From positions 544,001 to 608,000 of the forward strand of contig CAXXLX010000001.1 in the NCBI GenBank assembly GCA_963665235.2: a stretch of 64,000 bases of DNA, given 5' to 3'. The first letter of the stretch is position 1, and each line of letters begins with the position of its first letter. Below are positions 41,564 through 52,288 of this stretch, in pieces. Origin of the DNA: Candidatus Poribacteria bacterium. Lineage in GTDB: Bacteria > Poribacteria > WGA-4E > WGA-3G. Under the pieces are notes generated by a model, which was not told where the DNA came from, did no database searches, and was given only the letters and a program-made list of their open reading frames with translations. The translations under genes were made by a program, and so were the position numbers.

Positions 41564-42571
41564 CTATAAATTGCCGCGTTTGGCGACAAAAGTCTCAACT
41601 TCTGCCATGGTAGGCATAAAGTTTGCACATCCGTGCCGTGTGACGACGATTGCTCCGGTGGCATTTCCGAGGCGTGCGGACTTTTGCCAATCCCACTCGT
41701 TTAAGATACCGTAGATAAAGCCGCTTGCAAATGCGTCTCCTGCCCCGAGTGTATTATAGACCTCAACAGGAAAAGGTGCGGCGTGAATCACTTCTCCCTG
41801 CTTCAAATAGATGTCTGCCCCTTCAACGCCGCGTTTGACGATTAACGCTTCAGGCCCTCTGTCCAAAATCGTATCGATTGCAAGTGCCAGGTCTCCCGCA
41901 ATGTTAGGATTTGAGACCTGAGAGTGTTCTATTGACAGATTGGCAACGTCGGTGAGGGCTGTGGCTTTGACCTCTTCTTCGGTTCCGATGGCGATGTCGA
42001 TATTGCGTAGGGCGGCTCGGACGTTTACACCGAATGCGCGCGGGTCGTGCCATTGGTCTGCGCGAAAATCCAAATCCAGAAAGACCTGTTTTCGCAATAT
42101 ATTGGCTTGTTCTGCTGCGTAGAGTGTAGCACTCCGGCTCGGTTCTTTGCTGAGCCCGGTTCCCGATATTAACACAGCCTGACTTTGTGCAATCGGGGCG
42201 GCGAGGACATCGTCAATTGTGAGCTCAATATCCGCACAGTTATCGCGGTAATAGACAAGTGGAAAGCGGTCAGGCGGTTCAATTCCGAGGACAACAGCAC
42301 TCGTTCGGTATCCGTTTTTGTGTGCGATGAACTGCGTTTCGACACCCTCTGCCTTCAGAAATCGGAGGAGGAATTCACCGACCGGGTCGTCCCCGATAGC
42401 GGTCAGGAGAGCGGAGCGGAGTCCAAGTCGGCGTGTTCCTACGCTGATATTGGTTGGACATCCCCCGACGAATGCGCCGAAGCTGGTAATTTCAGGAAAA
42501 GGACTGCCAATATCGTTGGAATATAGGTCTAATGAACTCCTGCCGATTGCAAGAATATGATATGTTTGCAT
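41564..42571 (-). CDS. iolC: 5-dehydro-2-deoxygluconokinase
   Basis: PfkB kinase with GGCPTN, YYRDNCAD and GAGDAF motifs; adjacent to iolD. Confidence 0.9.
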   Translation of the reverse strand: MQTYHILAIGRSSLDLYSNDIGSPFPEITSFGAFVGGCPTNISVGTRRLGLRSALLTAIGDDPVGEFLLRFLKAEGVETQFIAHKNGYRTSAVVLGIEPPDRFPLVYYRDNCADIELTIDDVLAAPIAQSQAVLISGTGLSKEPSRSATLYAAEQANILRKQVFLDLDFRADQWHDPRAFGVNVRAALRNIDIAIGTEEEVKATALTDVANLSIEHSQVSNPNIAGDLALAIDTILDRGPEALIVKRGVEGADIYLKQGEVIHAAPFPVEVYNTLGAGDAFASGFIYGILNEWDWQKSARLGNATGAIVVTRHGCANFMPTMAEVETFVAKRGNL

Positions 42572-42624
42572 TGTGTGGTCCGTTTCCGAATTTTGGATGT
42601 CCGCCAGGGCGTGTCCTATATTTT

Positions 42625-44556
42625 TTAGGGTTCTCCCTGAATTTGAGCGATTAATTCTTGTGCCTCAAGGACTGCGCTTGTTGGTGCTTTCAATGTTTCG
42701 CCAACCGTTAAAATCAACATGTAATAGTCGTGTGCGGTTTGGAGGTCACCGTTAAGGTGTGCCCCTTCGGCTGCTTTGAAATAGCAAGTGGTTGCGGCAG
42801 CTTGGTATTTTTCAAATTCGTCGTCTAATTGGGCGTATCGGTAATTGGCGGCTGAGAAGATATAGGATTTGCCTGCTTCGGGCCATTCGCGAAGCATTTC
42901 AAGTTGCCGTGCAAGGGATGCGTAGTATAGGGCCCCCTGTTTTGCGTTTTTTCTCGCTTCTCTCGGTTTATTTGCAGCCGCGTAAGCGAATCTTGCCCGT
43001 GTATAACAGTTAGCGACGAGTTCCATTTCGCCGGTTCTCATAAACCTTTTTGCATGTTTCTGATAAAATGCGCCGAGTTTCTTATATTGCGCGTAGCATC
43101 GGCGTCTATTTTCCTGTTGTATATAGATTTGTGCTTGCTGATAGATATGTGCTGCTTCCTCTTCGTGGGGATATTGGATATCTGTGTGAATTTTGTCCAA
43201 CAAAAATTCAGGGGAGGCTTCCTCAATTAGGACGCGGTAGCTACCCGCCGGTTGTACCTGTGTTCTGTGGGCAGTGGACTTGGGGACCTCTTCGGGATAT
43301 TCTTGTTGGTGGGCGAACCAATCGCGCAGATGTCTCCTCTCCATTTCGGGTAGTTTTTCTATAAGTACTGTGATTTCTTGGGCAGTCGGTGCATTTGGAC
43401 GCAGTATGTTATCCTCTATCTGCTGGAACAACGTGCCTGCTTGGTTCGCCAATTCCATGTCCGGTAAACAGAGGTTATGCGCCTCATGAAGTTCCTGAAG
43501 CATGCCTTGCACATTATTGTTGTGTGCGTACTGTGTGGCATTCACGTAGTGTTGCTTGAGCTGGGTTTTTATTTTTTCTCGGTGGATGTTTTCGTTTTTT
43601 TTCCGCTCGCTAAAGAAGAGGTTCTGATTAATTTTTTCGGCGATTTCGATTTGCAATCGGAACGCCTTTCTGCAGCGTTCGAGGGCACCGGCGAGTTCTG
43701 TCTCCGGGGAATCGGTGCTTTTCTGAATCAGGATGCTGGCTTGATATTCATATTGTCCCCGTTTGATGCTGTCTAGTTCGTCGTGCATCTCAGCGGCGGT
43801 TTGGTAACGTTTTGTTACATCTCGGTGGAGTGCCTTGAGTAAAAAGTTTCGGAATCCTTCTGGGCATTTCTCAAGGTTTTCTACTTCGCCGCCCGCTTTT
43901 TTTCTATCAATTTCATCCGCTTCGCCAGAAAATGGGAAATGCCCCGTTGCGGCTTCATATAGAATTAACCCTGTGGCATAGAGGTCCGCTCGGTAATCGT
44001 AAGCACCGTAATGTTGTTCAGGGGCCATATAGCGTTGGGTGCCGGTCATGGTTCCTGCGACTTCTGTTTTCTCGCTAAAAATCCGCGCGATACTGAAGTC
44101 GGCGATTTTTGCTTCTTTCTCTTGTGTGAGCAGGATATTTTGCGGTTTAATATCACGGTGCAGGATATTTTGGGCATGGGCAGCTTTTAACCCGTTGGAA
44201 ATATCTAAGCCGATATTGAGGACTTCCGTTAGGGCTAGCTCCCTTTTTTGCATGAGTTGATGGAGACTGGGGCCCCCAATATATTCCATGATTATCCATG
44301 CAAGATAATTATCTTCGCCTGGTTCAACGGTATGGATTGAAACGATATTAGGATGGCCACAAATCTTTGACATAGATTTAATTTCGTTAAAGAGATATTG
44401 CATTCTTCCGGGGGGGTACGCATCTTTGGTGAGCGCTTTAATCGCCACGATACGGTTCGTCATTTCTTCGCGAGCGCGAAAAACGGACGAAAAACTGCCC
44501 GAACCGAGATATTCAAGCAATCTATATTTACCTAATATCAGTTCATTAATATCCAT
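42625..44556 (-). CDS. Hanks-type Ser/Thr protein kinase with a helical TPR-like C-terminus
   Basis: GSGSFS, VAIK, HRDIKPQN, DFS and APE motifs. Confidence 0.9.
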   Translation of the reverse strand: MDINELILGKYRLLEYLGSGSFSSVFRAREEMTNRIVAIKALTKDAYPPGRMQYLFNEIKSMSKICGHPNIVSIHTVEPGEDNYLAWIIMEYIGGPSLHQLMQKRELALTEVLNIGLDISNGLKAAHAQNILHRDIKPQNILLTQEKEAKIADFSIARIFSEKTEVAGTMTGTQRYMAPEQHYGAYDYRADLYATGLILYEAATGHFPFSGEADEIDRKKAGGEVENLEKCPEGFRNFLLKALHRDVTKRYQTAAEMHDELDSIKRGQYEYQASILIQKSTDSPETELAGALERCRKAFRLQIEIAEKINQNLFFSERKKNENIHREKIKTQLKQHYVNATQYAHNNNVQGMLQELHEAHNLCLPDMELANQAGTLFQQIEDNILRPNAPTAQEITVLIEKLPEMERRHLRDWFAHQQEYPEEVPKSTAHRTQVQPAGSYRVLIEEASPEFLLDKIHTDIQYPHEEEAAHIYQQAQIYIQQENRRRCYAQYKKLGAFYQKHAKRFMRTGEMELVANCYTRARFAYAAANKPREARKNAKQGALYYASLARQLEMLREWPEAGKSYIFSAANYRYAQLDDEFEKYQAAATTCYFKAAEGAHLNGDLQTAHDYYMLILTVGETLKAPTSAVLEAQELIAQIQGEP

Positions 44557-44770
44557 AACATTCTTGATGCAGGTCTGTCGCTCGCTTGTGCCGTTGTTGC
44601 AAGCGGATTTCTGATTCTTTAAGTCAAGTCACGTCCTATAAATGAGAACAGACGCATGGTTAATACGACCGTCTTGGGGTACATTAACCGCTAATATCTA
44701 GAAGATTAGCAGAAATTGCATTAATTGTCAACACAAAGACGAGTTTTTAGGCGAATACGTGTTGATTTGC

Positions 44771-45415
44771 TTAGCCCCGGGCAGATTTAACAGCGGCGAC
44801 TAGATGTTTTGCGGCTTCTGTGAGCTGTGCAAAATCTCCAGATTCGAGGCGGCTATTGCTGACAAGTGCGCTGCCGACCCCTAATGCGGTTGCGCCCGCC
44901 TTGATGAACTCAGCAGCGTTTGCAGCATTGATTCCACCTGTCGGTACAAGTGGAATATGTGGCAGCGGTGCTTTTATGTCCTTGATATACGTGGAACCGA
45001 CTCCGCTTGAAGGAAAGACCTTCACGTAATCTGCTCCCGCTTCCCATGCCGTTAAAATCTCCGTCGGTGTAAAGGCACCCGGTATAACCACTTTGCCGTA
45101 TCGGTTGCAGATTTCGATGACATCCGGTTTTGTAACGGGACTAACAACGAACTCAGCTCCTGCTAATATAGCAGCGCGTGCTGTTTCAGCGTCCAGGACG
45201 GAACCGACACCGACCAGTATGGCATCGCCTGCCTGTGTTGACACCTCGTGAATTACGTGTAACGCGTTCGGTGTTGTCATCGTTACTTCAATAACATCAA
45301 CGCCACCATTTTGAATGGCTGTTGCTGCTTCAATAAGTTCATTTGAGCTGCTGGCACGAATTATAGCAACTATACCGCATGCCTCAATACGTTGCATCTG
45401 TTCTAGTTTAGTCAT
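44771..45415 (-). CDS. eda: KHG/KDPG aldolase
   Basis: EVTMTTP, TPTE, KVFP and PTGG motifs. Confidence 0.9.
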   Translation of the reverse strand: MTKLEQMQRIEACGIVAIIRASSSNELIEAATAIQNGGVDVIEVTMTTPNALHVIHEVSTQAGDAILVGVGSVLDAETARAAILAGAEFVVSPVTKPDVIEICNRYGKVVIPGAFTPTEILTAWEAGADYVKVFPSSGVGSTYIKDIKAPLPHIPLVPTGGINAANAAEFIKAGATALGVGSALVSNSRLESGDFAQLTEAAKHLVAAVKSARG

Positions 45416-45658
45416 TGACTGCCCTCATTTCTTTTTCGAATCGTGCTTTAGGGATGTACCGTTTGGCAGTTGAATTCCAGTTGTCTATTTCGCTGGAGTC
45501 TTCTATATTGTACAATTTTTTTTGCATTTAATTTGTGAATATGTTATGATTATACTGAAACTGCACAGAATGCTCCTGAATACCTATATTTTTAACCCCC
45601 GAAACTGAGGTTCTACAACTCGGGCGAGCGTTGGATTAGAAATCGCCCACAAAGAAGA

Positions 45659-47005
45659 ATGGAAGTTGTCCCACTATCCGCTTATCTCATCGGCTTAGCT
45701 GGTTTACTTGTCCTCTCCGGTTTTTTCTCAGGCTCTGAAACGGCCTTATGTGCTCTCACCCGGGTGCAAGTGGAGAAATTGCGTTTTGAGAAGAAAGGTG
45801 CGTCGGCAATCGTCAATTTTGTTGACAATCCGCGCAGGCTGTTTATTACTGTACTGCTCGGTAACAATCTTGTTAATGTTGCGTTTGCGATTTTGATGTT
45901 ACGACTTGCGACGCAAGTGCTCCAGCAATACAGTGAGGGGCTCCGGTTTGTCATCTCTTTAGCGGTCAGCGTGATACTGATGCTCATTTTCGGCGAGATG
46001 ACTCCGAAGGCTTACGCGCTTAAGCATGCAGAGCTTTTTGCTAAAATAACTGCCCCTCCGTTGTGGGTGTTTTCTATTGTCATTTCCCCATTGCGCGCCT
46101 TACTGCGCAGAATTATTGATGTGCTCGTCCCAATATTTGGCGGCCACTTGCCCACTGTAGAGCACTTCACAACCACAGATTTTAAGGAACTTCTTGATAC
46201 TTACCCAGAGGAGGCTCTGCCTGCCGATGAACGTGAAATTGTGAGCAATATCCTCGAATTGTATGACATTCAAGCGAGAGAAATTATGGTGCCTCGAACG
46301 GAAGTCGTCGCGGTGCCCATATCAAACACTATTCAAGCAACTTTAAAGCAGGCAAAAGACTCCGGGTTCTCACGTATACCTGTCTATAGAGAGCAAATTG
46401 ATAAAATCTGTGGTATCTTCTATGTGAAAGATATCCCTTTGTGGCCGTATACCGAAATAAATTCACTGACGATTGAGACGTTTCTAGAAAAACGAGCGAC
46501 GATTCCCGAAGTATCCGAGAATGCACCTCTGATTCGGGAGGCTATTTCGGTACTTGAAACTCGTAAAATCGGTGTGTTGCTGTTGCAATTGACCCAAGAA
46601 AAAACGAAAATGGCGATTCTCCTAGATGAATACGGTGGTACGTCCGGGATTGTCACTACCGAAGACATCATCGAGCAGGTGGTTGGGGATATCGTAGATG
46701 AATATGACCGTTTAGAAAATCTGCCCGATTTTGTTAAGCATTCCGAAAACCCCCTTATCCTTGAAACGTCAGGGCGCCTGAGTATTCGAGAACTCAATCA
46801 GCTGTTCGATTTAAAACTGAGTGAGGAAGGGACGGATACTGTCGGAGGCTATGTCCTTAGACTCCTGGGACAAATTCCATCTGTCGGCGAATCTGCTGTT
46901 GATGAAAATGGTATCGAATTTGAAATTACTGCAACAGAAGGTAACCTGATTACAAGACTGTTTCTCCGGGGCCCAGCAATTCCGGAGTCGGAAACCGAAA
47001 TCTAG
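45659..47005 (+). CDS. CNNM/hemolysin-family CBS domain protein
   Basis: FFSGSETA, FGEMTPK, FSRIPVY, DEYGG and a CorC-like tail. Confidence 0.9.
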   Translation: MEVVPLSAYLIGLAGLLVLSGFFSGSETALCALTRVQVEKLRFEKKGASAIVNFVDNPRRLFITVLLGNNLVNVAFAILMLRLATQVLQQYSEGLRFVISLAVSVILMLIFGEMTPKAYALKHAELFAKITAPPLWVFSIVISPLRALLRRIIDVLVPIFGGHLPTVEHFTTTDFKELLDTYPEEALPADEREIVSNILELYDIQAREIMVPRTEVVAVPISNTIQATLKQAKDSGFSRIPVYREQIDKICGIFYVKDIPLWPYTEINSLTIETFLEKRATIPEVSENAPLIREAISVLETRKIGVLLLQLTQEKTKMAILLDEYGGTSGIVTTEDIIEQVVGDIVDEYDRLENLPDFVKHSENPLILETSGRLSIRELNQLFDLKLSEEGTDTVGGYVLRLLGQIPSVGESAVDENGIEFEITATEGNLITRLFLRGPAIPESETEI

Positions 47006-47021
47006 TAAGAGGTCACTTACA

Positions 47022-48077
47022 TTGAAAATCCTCCTATTTTCCCTCTTTTTAATCGGTGCGGGCAGTTCAGCACATATTGCGACATTGAGCTCGTTTATAG
47101 TCGCAGTGCTTATCTGCCTCGTTTTGTCTGCTTTCTATTCCGGTTCAGAAACTGCTCTTGTCTCGGTTAATAAAATCCGCATTAATCAACTTGTTAAATC
47201 CAAGGAGCCTCGTGCAAAAATTATTCACCGTTTAGTTCAATCTCCAAATAGGATGCTTGCTTTGACCTTAGTAGGGACCAACATTGCAAATGTCCTGATT
47301 GCCCAATTCGGTGGTAAATTAACTGCACAAATTCTGCCAAACCTCACTGGGAGGGCTCAAGACGCAATCGCTACGATTTACATTACCGTGCTGCTGCTTA
47401 TCTTCGGTGAAATCTTACCGAAAACCATTTTTCGTGTCAAATCGGATACCCTCACCCTGCGATACGCATATCTTTTACGCCTCTCCGAATGGGTTTTAGC
47501 CCCCATAATTTACGTTGTACAAACGTTGACAAAATTCATTATCGGTCTTGTAGACAGAAGAGCAAGTGCACCGAGTGCTGATGAACAACGCGAAGAATTA
47601 CGGTTACTTGCAACTATGGGAGAACGTTCCGGCAATCTTTTCACCGACCAACGCAGAATGATTCACAGTCTGCTTGATATACAAAACCGAACTGTTGCGG
47701 ATGTTATGGTCCCGCTCGAGGATATTGTGGCAATTGAGAAAAGTACGAAATGTGAGGATTTTCTCAAAATTGCAGTGCACTCCGGCTTCTCACGGATTCC
47801 GGTTTACGATGAACGTATAGATAACATTGTGGGTATTGTCAATCTCCTCGATGTTATCTATGCGGAACACCCGCCGGAAACCGTAACGCCTTTTATTCGT
47901 TCAACGCTGCACTTTGTGCCTGAATACAAAAAAATTAACGCCCTCCTTAAAGAGATTCAGAATAGTCAACATACCATGGTATTCGCTGTAGATGAAAACA
48001 GAACGGTTGTTGGCCTCGTAACTGTTGAAGATTTGGTTGAAGAAATCGTGGGCGAATTTGCCGATGAGCGCGACTAA
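47022..48077 (+). CDS. CNNM/hemolysin-family CBS domain protein
   Basis: FYSGSETA, FGEILPK, FSRIPVY and EDLVEEIVGE motifs. Confidence 0.9.
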   Translation: MKILLFSLFLIGAGSSAHIATLSSFIVAVLICLVLSAFYSGSETALVSVNKIRINQLVKSKEPRAKIIHRLVQSPNRMLALTLVGTNIANVLIAQFGGKLTAQILPNLTGRAQDAIATIYITVLLLIFGEILPKTIFRVKSDTLTLRYAYLLRLSEWVLAPIIYVVQTLTKFIIGLVDRRASAPSADEQREELRLLATMGERSGNLFTDQRRMIHSLLDIQNRTVADVMVPLEDIVAIEKSTKCEDFLKIAVHSGFSRIPVYDERIDNIVGIVNLLDVIYAEHPPETVTPFIRSTLHFVPEYKKINALLKEIQNSQHTMVFAVDENRTVVGLVTVEDLVEEIVGEFADERD

Positions 48078-48078
48078 T

Positions 48079-48831
48079 CTATAAAATCCCAAGCGGGGGC
48101 ATCACAACAATCTCCTCCGTAACCATGCCAATCGGTTGTTGGCAGACAGACAGAACTGTTTCGGCTACATGCTCAGGTTTGAGCATTTTCTCAAAGTCGG
48201 GGTGCTCCGGAATATCATCCCAGAACGAAGTCTCAACGGACCCTGGGAGTACTGCTGTAACACGAATGTTGTCTTGTCGGACTTCAGCTGCGAGGACCTT
48301 TGTGAATGCCAAGGCACCTGCCTTTGCGGCACAATATGCACTAGACGCTGCAAAAGGCACCTTCGCGGCGATGGAAAGGACGTTAATAATCTGACCGCTG
48401 CCGCGTGCCAAGAGATGTGGCAGTGCGTACTTGGTACAGAGATAGATACCCTTCAAATTGGAATTAACGACGCTATCCCAATCAGCAAGCTCAAAATCGA
48501 CAACGTTTCCGAATCTGCCATTTCCTGCACAGTTTATCAGGATATCCAGGTGCTGATAAGCCTCTTGACTACGGCGCATGAGGTTTCTCACAGCGTCGGC
48601 ATCTGTGACATCGGTTGGGACAGCGAGTGCTTCTGCCCCTGCCGCTGTGAGTGTTGCTGCGACCGCTGCAACGTCCTTATGTGTGCGGGCGGCAAGAACA
48701 ATCTTCGCACCTACGTTAGCCAAAGCGAACGCTACGGCTTTCCCAATGCCTTTTGACGCGCCAGTAATAACGACAACTTTTCCTTCAACCCTGTTCGTTT
48801 GTGTCGCATCAAGCCGGTTTTCCGTTGACAT
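48079..48831 (-). CDS. SDR family oxidoreductase
   Basis: TGASKGIG and YCAAK motifs. Confidence 0.9.
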   Translation of the reverse strand: MSTENRLDATQTNRVEGKVVVITGASKGIGKAVAFALANVGAKIVLAARTHKDVAAVAATLTAAGAEALAVPTDVTDADAVRNLMRRSQEAYQHLDILINCAGNGRFGNVVDFELADWDSVVNSNLKGIYLCTKYALPHLLARGSGQIINVLSIAAKVPFAASSAYCAAKAGALAFTKVLAAEVRQDNIRVTAVLPGSVETSFWDDIPEHPDFEKMLKPEHVAETVLSVCQQPIGMVTEEIVVMPPLGIL

Positions 48832-48956
48832 GTTTCACCTCTATAGATTGGCTATTGGAAACCGTTGGCAAGAAGTCTCTGACGCGTGTCAAAAACCTGC
48901 CTATAATCACAACATCTTGCTAATTGATAAATAGAACACTCCGTGCGCCTACTCCC

Positions 48957-49565
48957 TTAGGAAATCTGTATACATCTGAGGAACTCTGCCCGCGTTGCAC
49001 TATCTTCACGAAATGCTCCGCGCATAACGTTTGTCGTCATTTTCGGGGATTGCTTTTCAACCCCACGGGCCATCATGCACAGATGTTGCCCTTCCATCAC
49101 GACTGCAACACCTCGCGGGTCAAGGGTCTGTTCGAGGGCTTCAGCAATCTCGCGGGTGAGCCGTTCTTGGACCTGTAAACGTCGAGAAAACATATCCACA
49201 ATGCGTGGTATCTTGCTCAGTCCGATGGTCCGGTTCCGTGAGAGGTATCCGACGTGACATTTTCCCCAGAAGGGGAGTATATGATGTTCGCAAAGGCTGT
49301 AAAATTCGATATCCTTTACAATTACCATTTCATCATAATCTTCGTCAAAGATGGCTTCGTTCAAGATTTCGTTGATATCTAGATGATAACCGCTGGTAAA
49401 AAATTCCATCGCTTTTGCTGCGCGATGCGGCGTTTTGATTAAACCTTGCCGCCCTGGGTCTTCACCTATATGTTCCAGAATCTGTGTAAACAGCGATTCT
49501 AATTCTGGGTTCGACACTTGCGATACAGATTTGCAAGTGGAGCCCTTTTCCTCTTGAGGATTCAT
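48957..49565 (-). CDS. folE: GTP cyclohydrolase I
   Basis: [21 protein letters not shown] and HLCM motifs. Confidence 0.95.
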   Translation of the reverse strand: MNPQEEKGSTCKSVSQVSNPELESLFTQILEHIGEDPGRQGLIKTPHRAAKAMEFFTSGYHLDINEILNEAIFDEDYDEMVIVKDIEFYSLCEHHILPFWGKCHVGYLSRNRTIGLSKIPRIVDMFSRRLQVQERLTREIAEALEQTLDPRGVAVVMEGQHLCMMARGVEKQSPKMTTNVMRGAFREDSATRAEFLRCIQIS

Positions 49566-49568
49566 AAA

Positions 49569-50402
49569 TTAAGTGGATTCTCCGTAGTAATCGAAGTGGT
49601 TTTTGGGCGTTTCTCGCAAGCGAAGTCGGTGTAAAACCACCGGCCGCAGATTCGGTTCTAGGACATCCCAGAGCACTTTAACGAAGTTTTCAGAGGTCGG
49701 ATTGCATGTCTCAAATTCGGGCGTATCTACATTCAGATGTTTGTAATCAAAGCGTGCATACACCTCTTTTTCCACTACCTCGTCAAGCAGCTGCAAACCG
49801 ACAACGAGGCCGGTTCTTTCATCCACTTCCCCCTTTACAGTAACTTCAAGGATGTAGTTATGTCCGTGTCCTGCTGGATTGTTGCATTTTCCAAAGATTT
49901 CCCGGTTTTCCACATCACTAAGCGTGTGGCTGTGCAGGCGATGCGCTGCACTGAATTCGTAGACCTTGGTGAGATAAACCATGGGCCCTTCTCCATAATA
50001 GTCAGCAAATTGCGTTGCGCTTTCATAGAGCCGAACTCTATGCAGCACACCTGCGGGCAACGCAGCGGCGACCCGGCACCAGATGTCAAGGACGATATTT
50101 TCGTTTGTCGGTAGCAAATGCGGAGCCTTCGCGAAAGTTGGATGCTGGCTGTTTAGATGCTTGTGGTCGTAATTCGCAAGCACCTCTGTTTTTAGTAATG
50201 CATTTAGCAGTACCAAATTGATGACCATGCCATCATCGGCATCCACGTCCCCTTTCACCATCACTTCAAGTATATAGTTATGACCGTGGCTACTCGGATT
50301 CGCGGCGGGGCCGAACAACGCGAAGTTCTCCGCATCGCTTAATTCAGGGATACGATTGTAATGAGATGCTTCAAAAGCGGTTTGCCGGGTTAAGTAATGC
50401 AT
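49569..50402 (-). CDS. Two-domain 6-pyruvoyl-tetrahydropterin synthase-family protein
   Basis: Two HGHNY domains: PAANPSSHGHNY and KCNNPAGHGHNY. Confidence 0.88.
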   Translation of the reverse strand: MHYLTRQTAFEASHYNRIPELSDAENFALFGPAANPSSHGHNYILEVMVKGDVDADDGMVINLVLLNALLKTEVLANYDHKHLNSQHPTFAKAPHLLPTNENIVLDIWCRVAAALPAGVLHRVRLYESATQFADYYGEGPMVYLTKVYEFSAAHRLHSHTLSDVENREIFGKCNNPAGHGHNYILEVTVKGEVDERTGLVVGLQLLDEVVEKEVYARFDYKHLNVDTPEFETCNPTSENFVKVLWDVLEPNLRPVVLHRLRLRETPKNHFDYYGEST

Positions 50403-50438
50403 CAATTTTTTTAGAGGGTGTGCTGAATCGATGTGCCG

Positions 50439-50726
50439 CTAGCGATTTTCAGCGGGTACTCTCAATTCATCACCAACCGACTCATATTGAACTGTCATAA
50501 CCCATTCACCTGTACCGCGTATTTGCACGTTGCACTTTTTTAACCATTCGATTAAAGTTACGCGGTCGCGTGCTTCCCATTCGCAAAGCATGCGTCCCGA
50601 TAAGGTGTCGCACAAAACTCGGATGTTGCTGACATCAGCGGTTTTTTCTTTTTGAAACCGTTTCAGCAGCCGGGCGACATCTTGCCGTGTCATACAAGCG
50701 ATAGCATGGGCAGAAACAAATCTCAT
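50439..50726 (-). CDS. Small hypothetical protein
   Basis: Co-oriented ORF filling the operon gap; possible DUF4242-like ferredoxin fold. Confidence 0.6.
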   Translation of the reverse strand: MRFVSAHAIACMTRQDVARLLKRFQKEKTADVSNIRVLCDTLSGRMLCEWEARDRVTLIEWLKKCNVQIRGTGEWVMTVQYESVGDELRVPAENR

Positions 50727-50769
50727 CGTCTACTCTTTAGCGGTTACCGGTTATTGTGAAACTTCTTTA

Positions 50770-51618
50770 TTAATCGCGTGCAATGGGTGCCCCGACAAGG
50801 TTACCCCATTCTGTCCAACTGCCATCATAGTTTCGGACCTTCTCATAACCGAGCAGGTATTTCAACACGAACCATGTATGCGATGACCGTTCACCGATAC
50901 GGCAGTATGCAATTGTCTCTTTGTTGGAATCAACGCCTTCTCCACCATAGATAGCTTCGAGTTCGTCATGGGACTTGAAGGTGCCATCCTCGGCGACTGC
51001 GGTTGCCCACGGTATATTTGCTGCGCCGGGGATATGTCCCCCACGCTGGGCGGTTTCACTCATACCGGGGGGTGCGATGACTTCCCCAGTAAATTCTGCG
51101 GGTGACCGGACATCCACGAGGTTGATAACACCCTGTTCAAGTGTAGGGAGTATGTTGTCCTTCGTTGCGCGGACGTTGTCATCCGGAAATTTCGCCTGAT
51201 ATCCCGGGCTAGAATAGGATGGAACATCCGTGACAAGTTCTCTTCCCTCGTCTATCCATTTTTGACGGCCGCCGTTCATGACCTTCAGCAGACTCTCATC
51301 ATGTCCATAGTAGCGGAATTGCCACAACGCGTAGGTTGCGAACCAGTTATTATTATCACCGTAGAAGATTACGGTGGTATCGTTGGCGATGCCGCTGTCG
51401 TTGCAGAGTGCCTCAAATTGGTCTTTTGTGAGAATATCACGGCGGATTTGGTCACACAACTGCGTCTGCCAATTCAAGCCGACTGCCCCGGCGATATGTC
51501 CCTCCGCGTACGCTGACGTATCTACATCAACTTCGAGCAACCGGATATCTGCCTCGTCGCCGTGTTCGGCAACCCATGCTGTACTTACTAAAACATCGGG
51601 ATTTGCATATTCGGCCAT
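50770..51618 (-). CDS. Thiosulfate sulfurtransferase (tandem rhodanese)
   Basis: GHIPGA, YCRIGERS and YDGSWTEW motifs. Confidence 0.93.
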   Translation of the reverse strand: MAEYANPDVLVSTAWVAEHGDEADIRLLEVDVDTSAYAEGHIAGAVGLNWQTQLCDQIRRDILTKDQFEALCNDSGIANDTTVIFYGDNNNWFATYALWQFRYYGHDESLLKVMNGGRQKWIDEGRELVTDVPSYSSPGYQAKFPDDNVRATKDNILPTLEQGVINLVDVRSPAEFTGEVIAPPGMSETAQRGGHIPGAANIPWATAVAEDGTFKSHDELEAIYGGEGVDSNKETIAYCRIGERSSHTWFVLKYLLGYEKVRNYDGSWTEWGNLVGAPIARD

Positions 51619-51946
51619 TTCTGTTTTAATCCTCCTTATGTCGTTCCGGAACCTGTATTAAATCTATAGGCTGATAACTTTGCATTCACTTAATGTTCAG
51701 ATTCCCTCTCTTATATTATACATGTTTCAACGCTAGTTGTCAAGTGTAAATGCTATTTTTCTATACATATTGCCTGTTTTTACACAATTTGTCAAGCTTT
51801 TTCTTAAAAATGTGGGAAATAGGCGGGATGAAAAAGGAGAAATTGCCGGAATCTCGGCTTTTTGGAAAATTTAACGCTGGGCACGTCAAATCAACGCCAA
51901 ATGCATTTAAGAAATTTAGTGGACGAAAGGGTCCGGTTTTTCAACT

Positions 51947-52276
51947 TCACTGCAACGGTGAATATTCTGTCGGTTCAAGGATTTTGGTACTCACAACGTT
52001 AACTAATGGACCTCCGACTTCGGTAAGTCGTTTCGCCGCTTGCCATTCCGGGTCGGCGATGAAGGCATCCCAGGCGCGTTGGTAGTGCCCCAAATCTTCA
52101 AAAGCAAGCATGTAGACCAGCTCCGTTGTCGTCGCCTCACCGATGGCGGTCTCCCAAAAACCGATGACCTTCATATTGTACTTTTCAAACAACGGTAACG
52201 TGATGTTTGCAAATCTGTCGTTCAGATTTTTCATTTTCCCCGGTACAACCTGATACGTTCGCAACTCATAAATCAT
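51947..52276 (-). CDS. NIPSNAP family protein
   Basis: IYELRTY, WDAFIADPEW and PTEYSPLQ motifs. Confidence 0.88.
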   Translation of the reverse strand: MIYELRTYQVVPGKMKNLNDRFANITLPLFEKYNMKVIGFWETAIGEATTTELVYMLAFEDLGHYQRAWDAFIADPEWQAAKRLTEVGGPLVNVVSTKILEPTEYSPLQ

Positions 52277-52288
52277 TCAATTGCCTCC

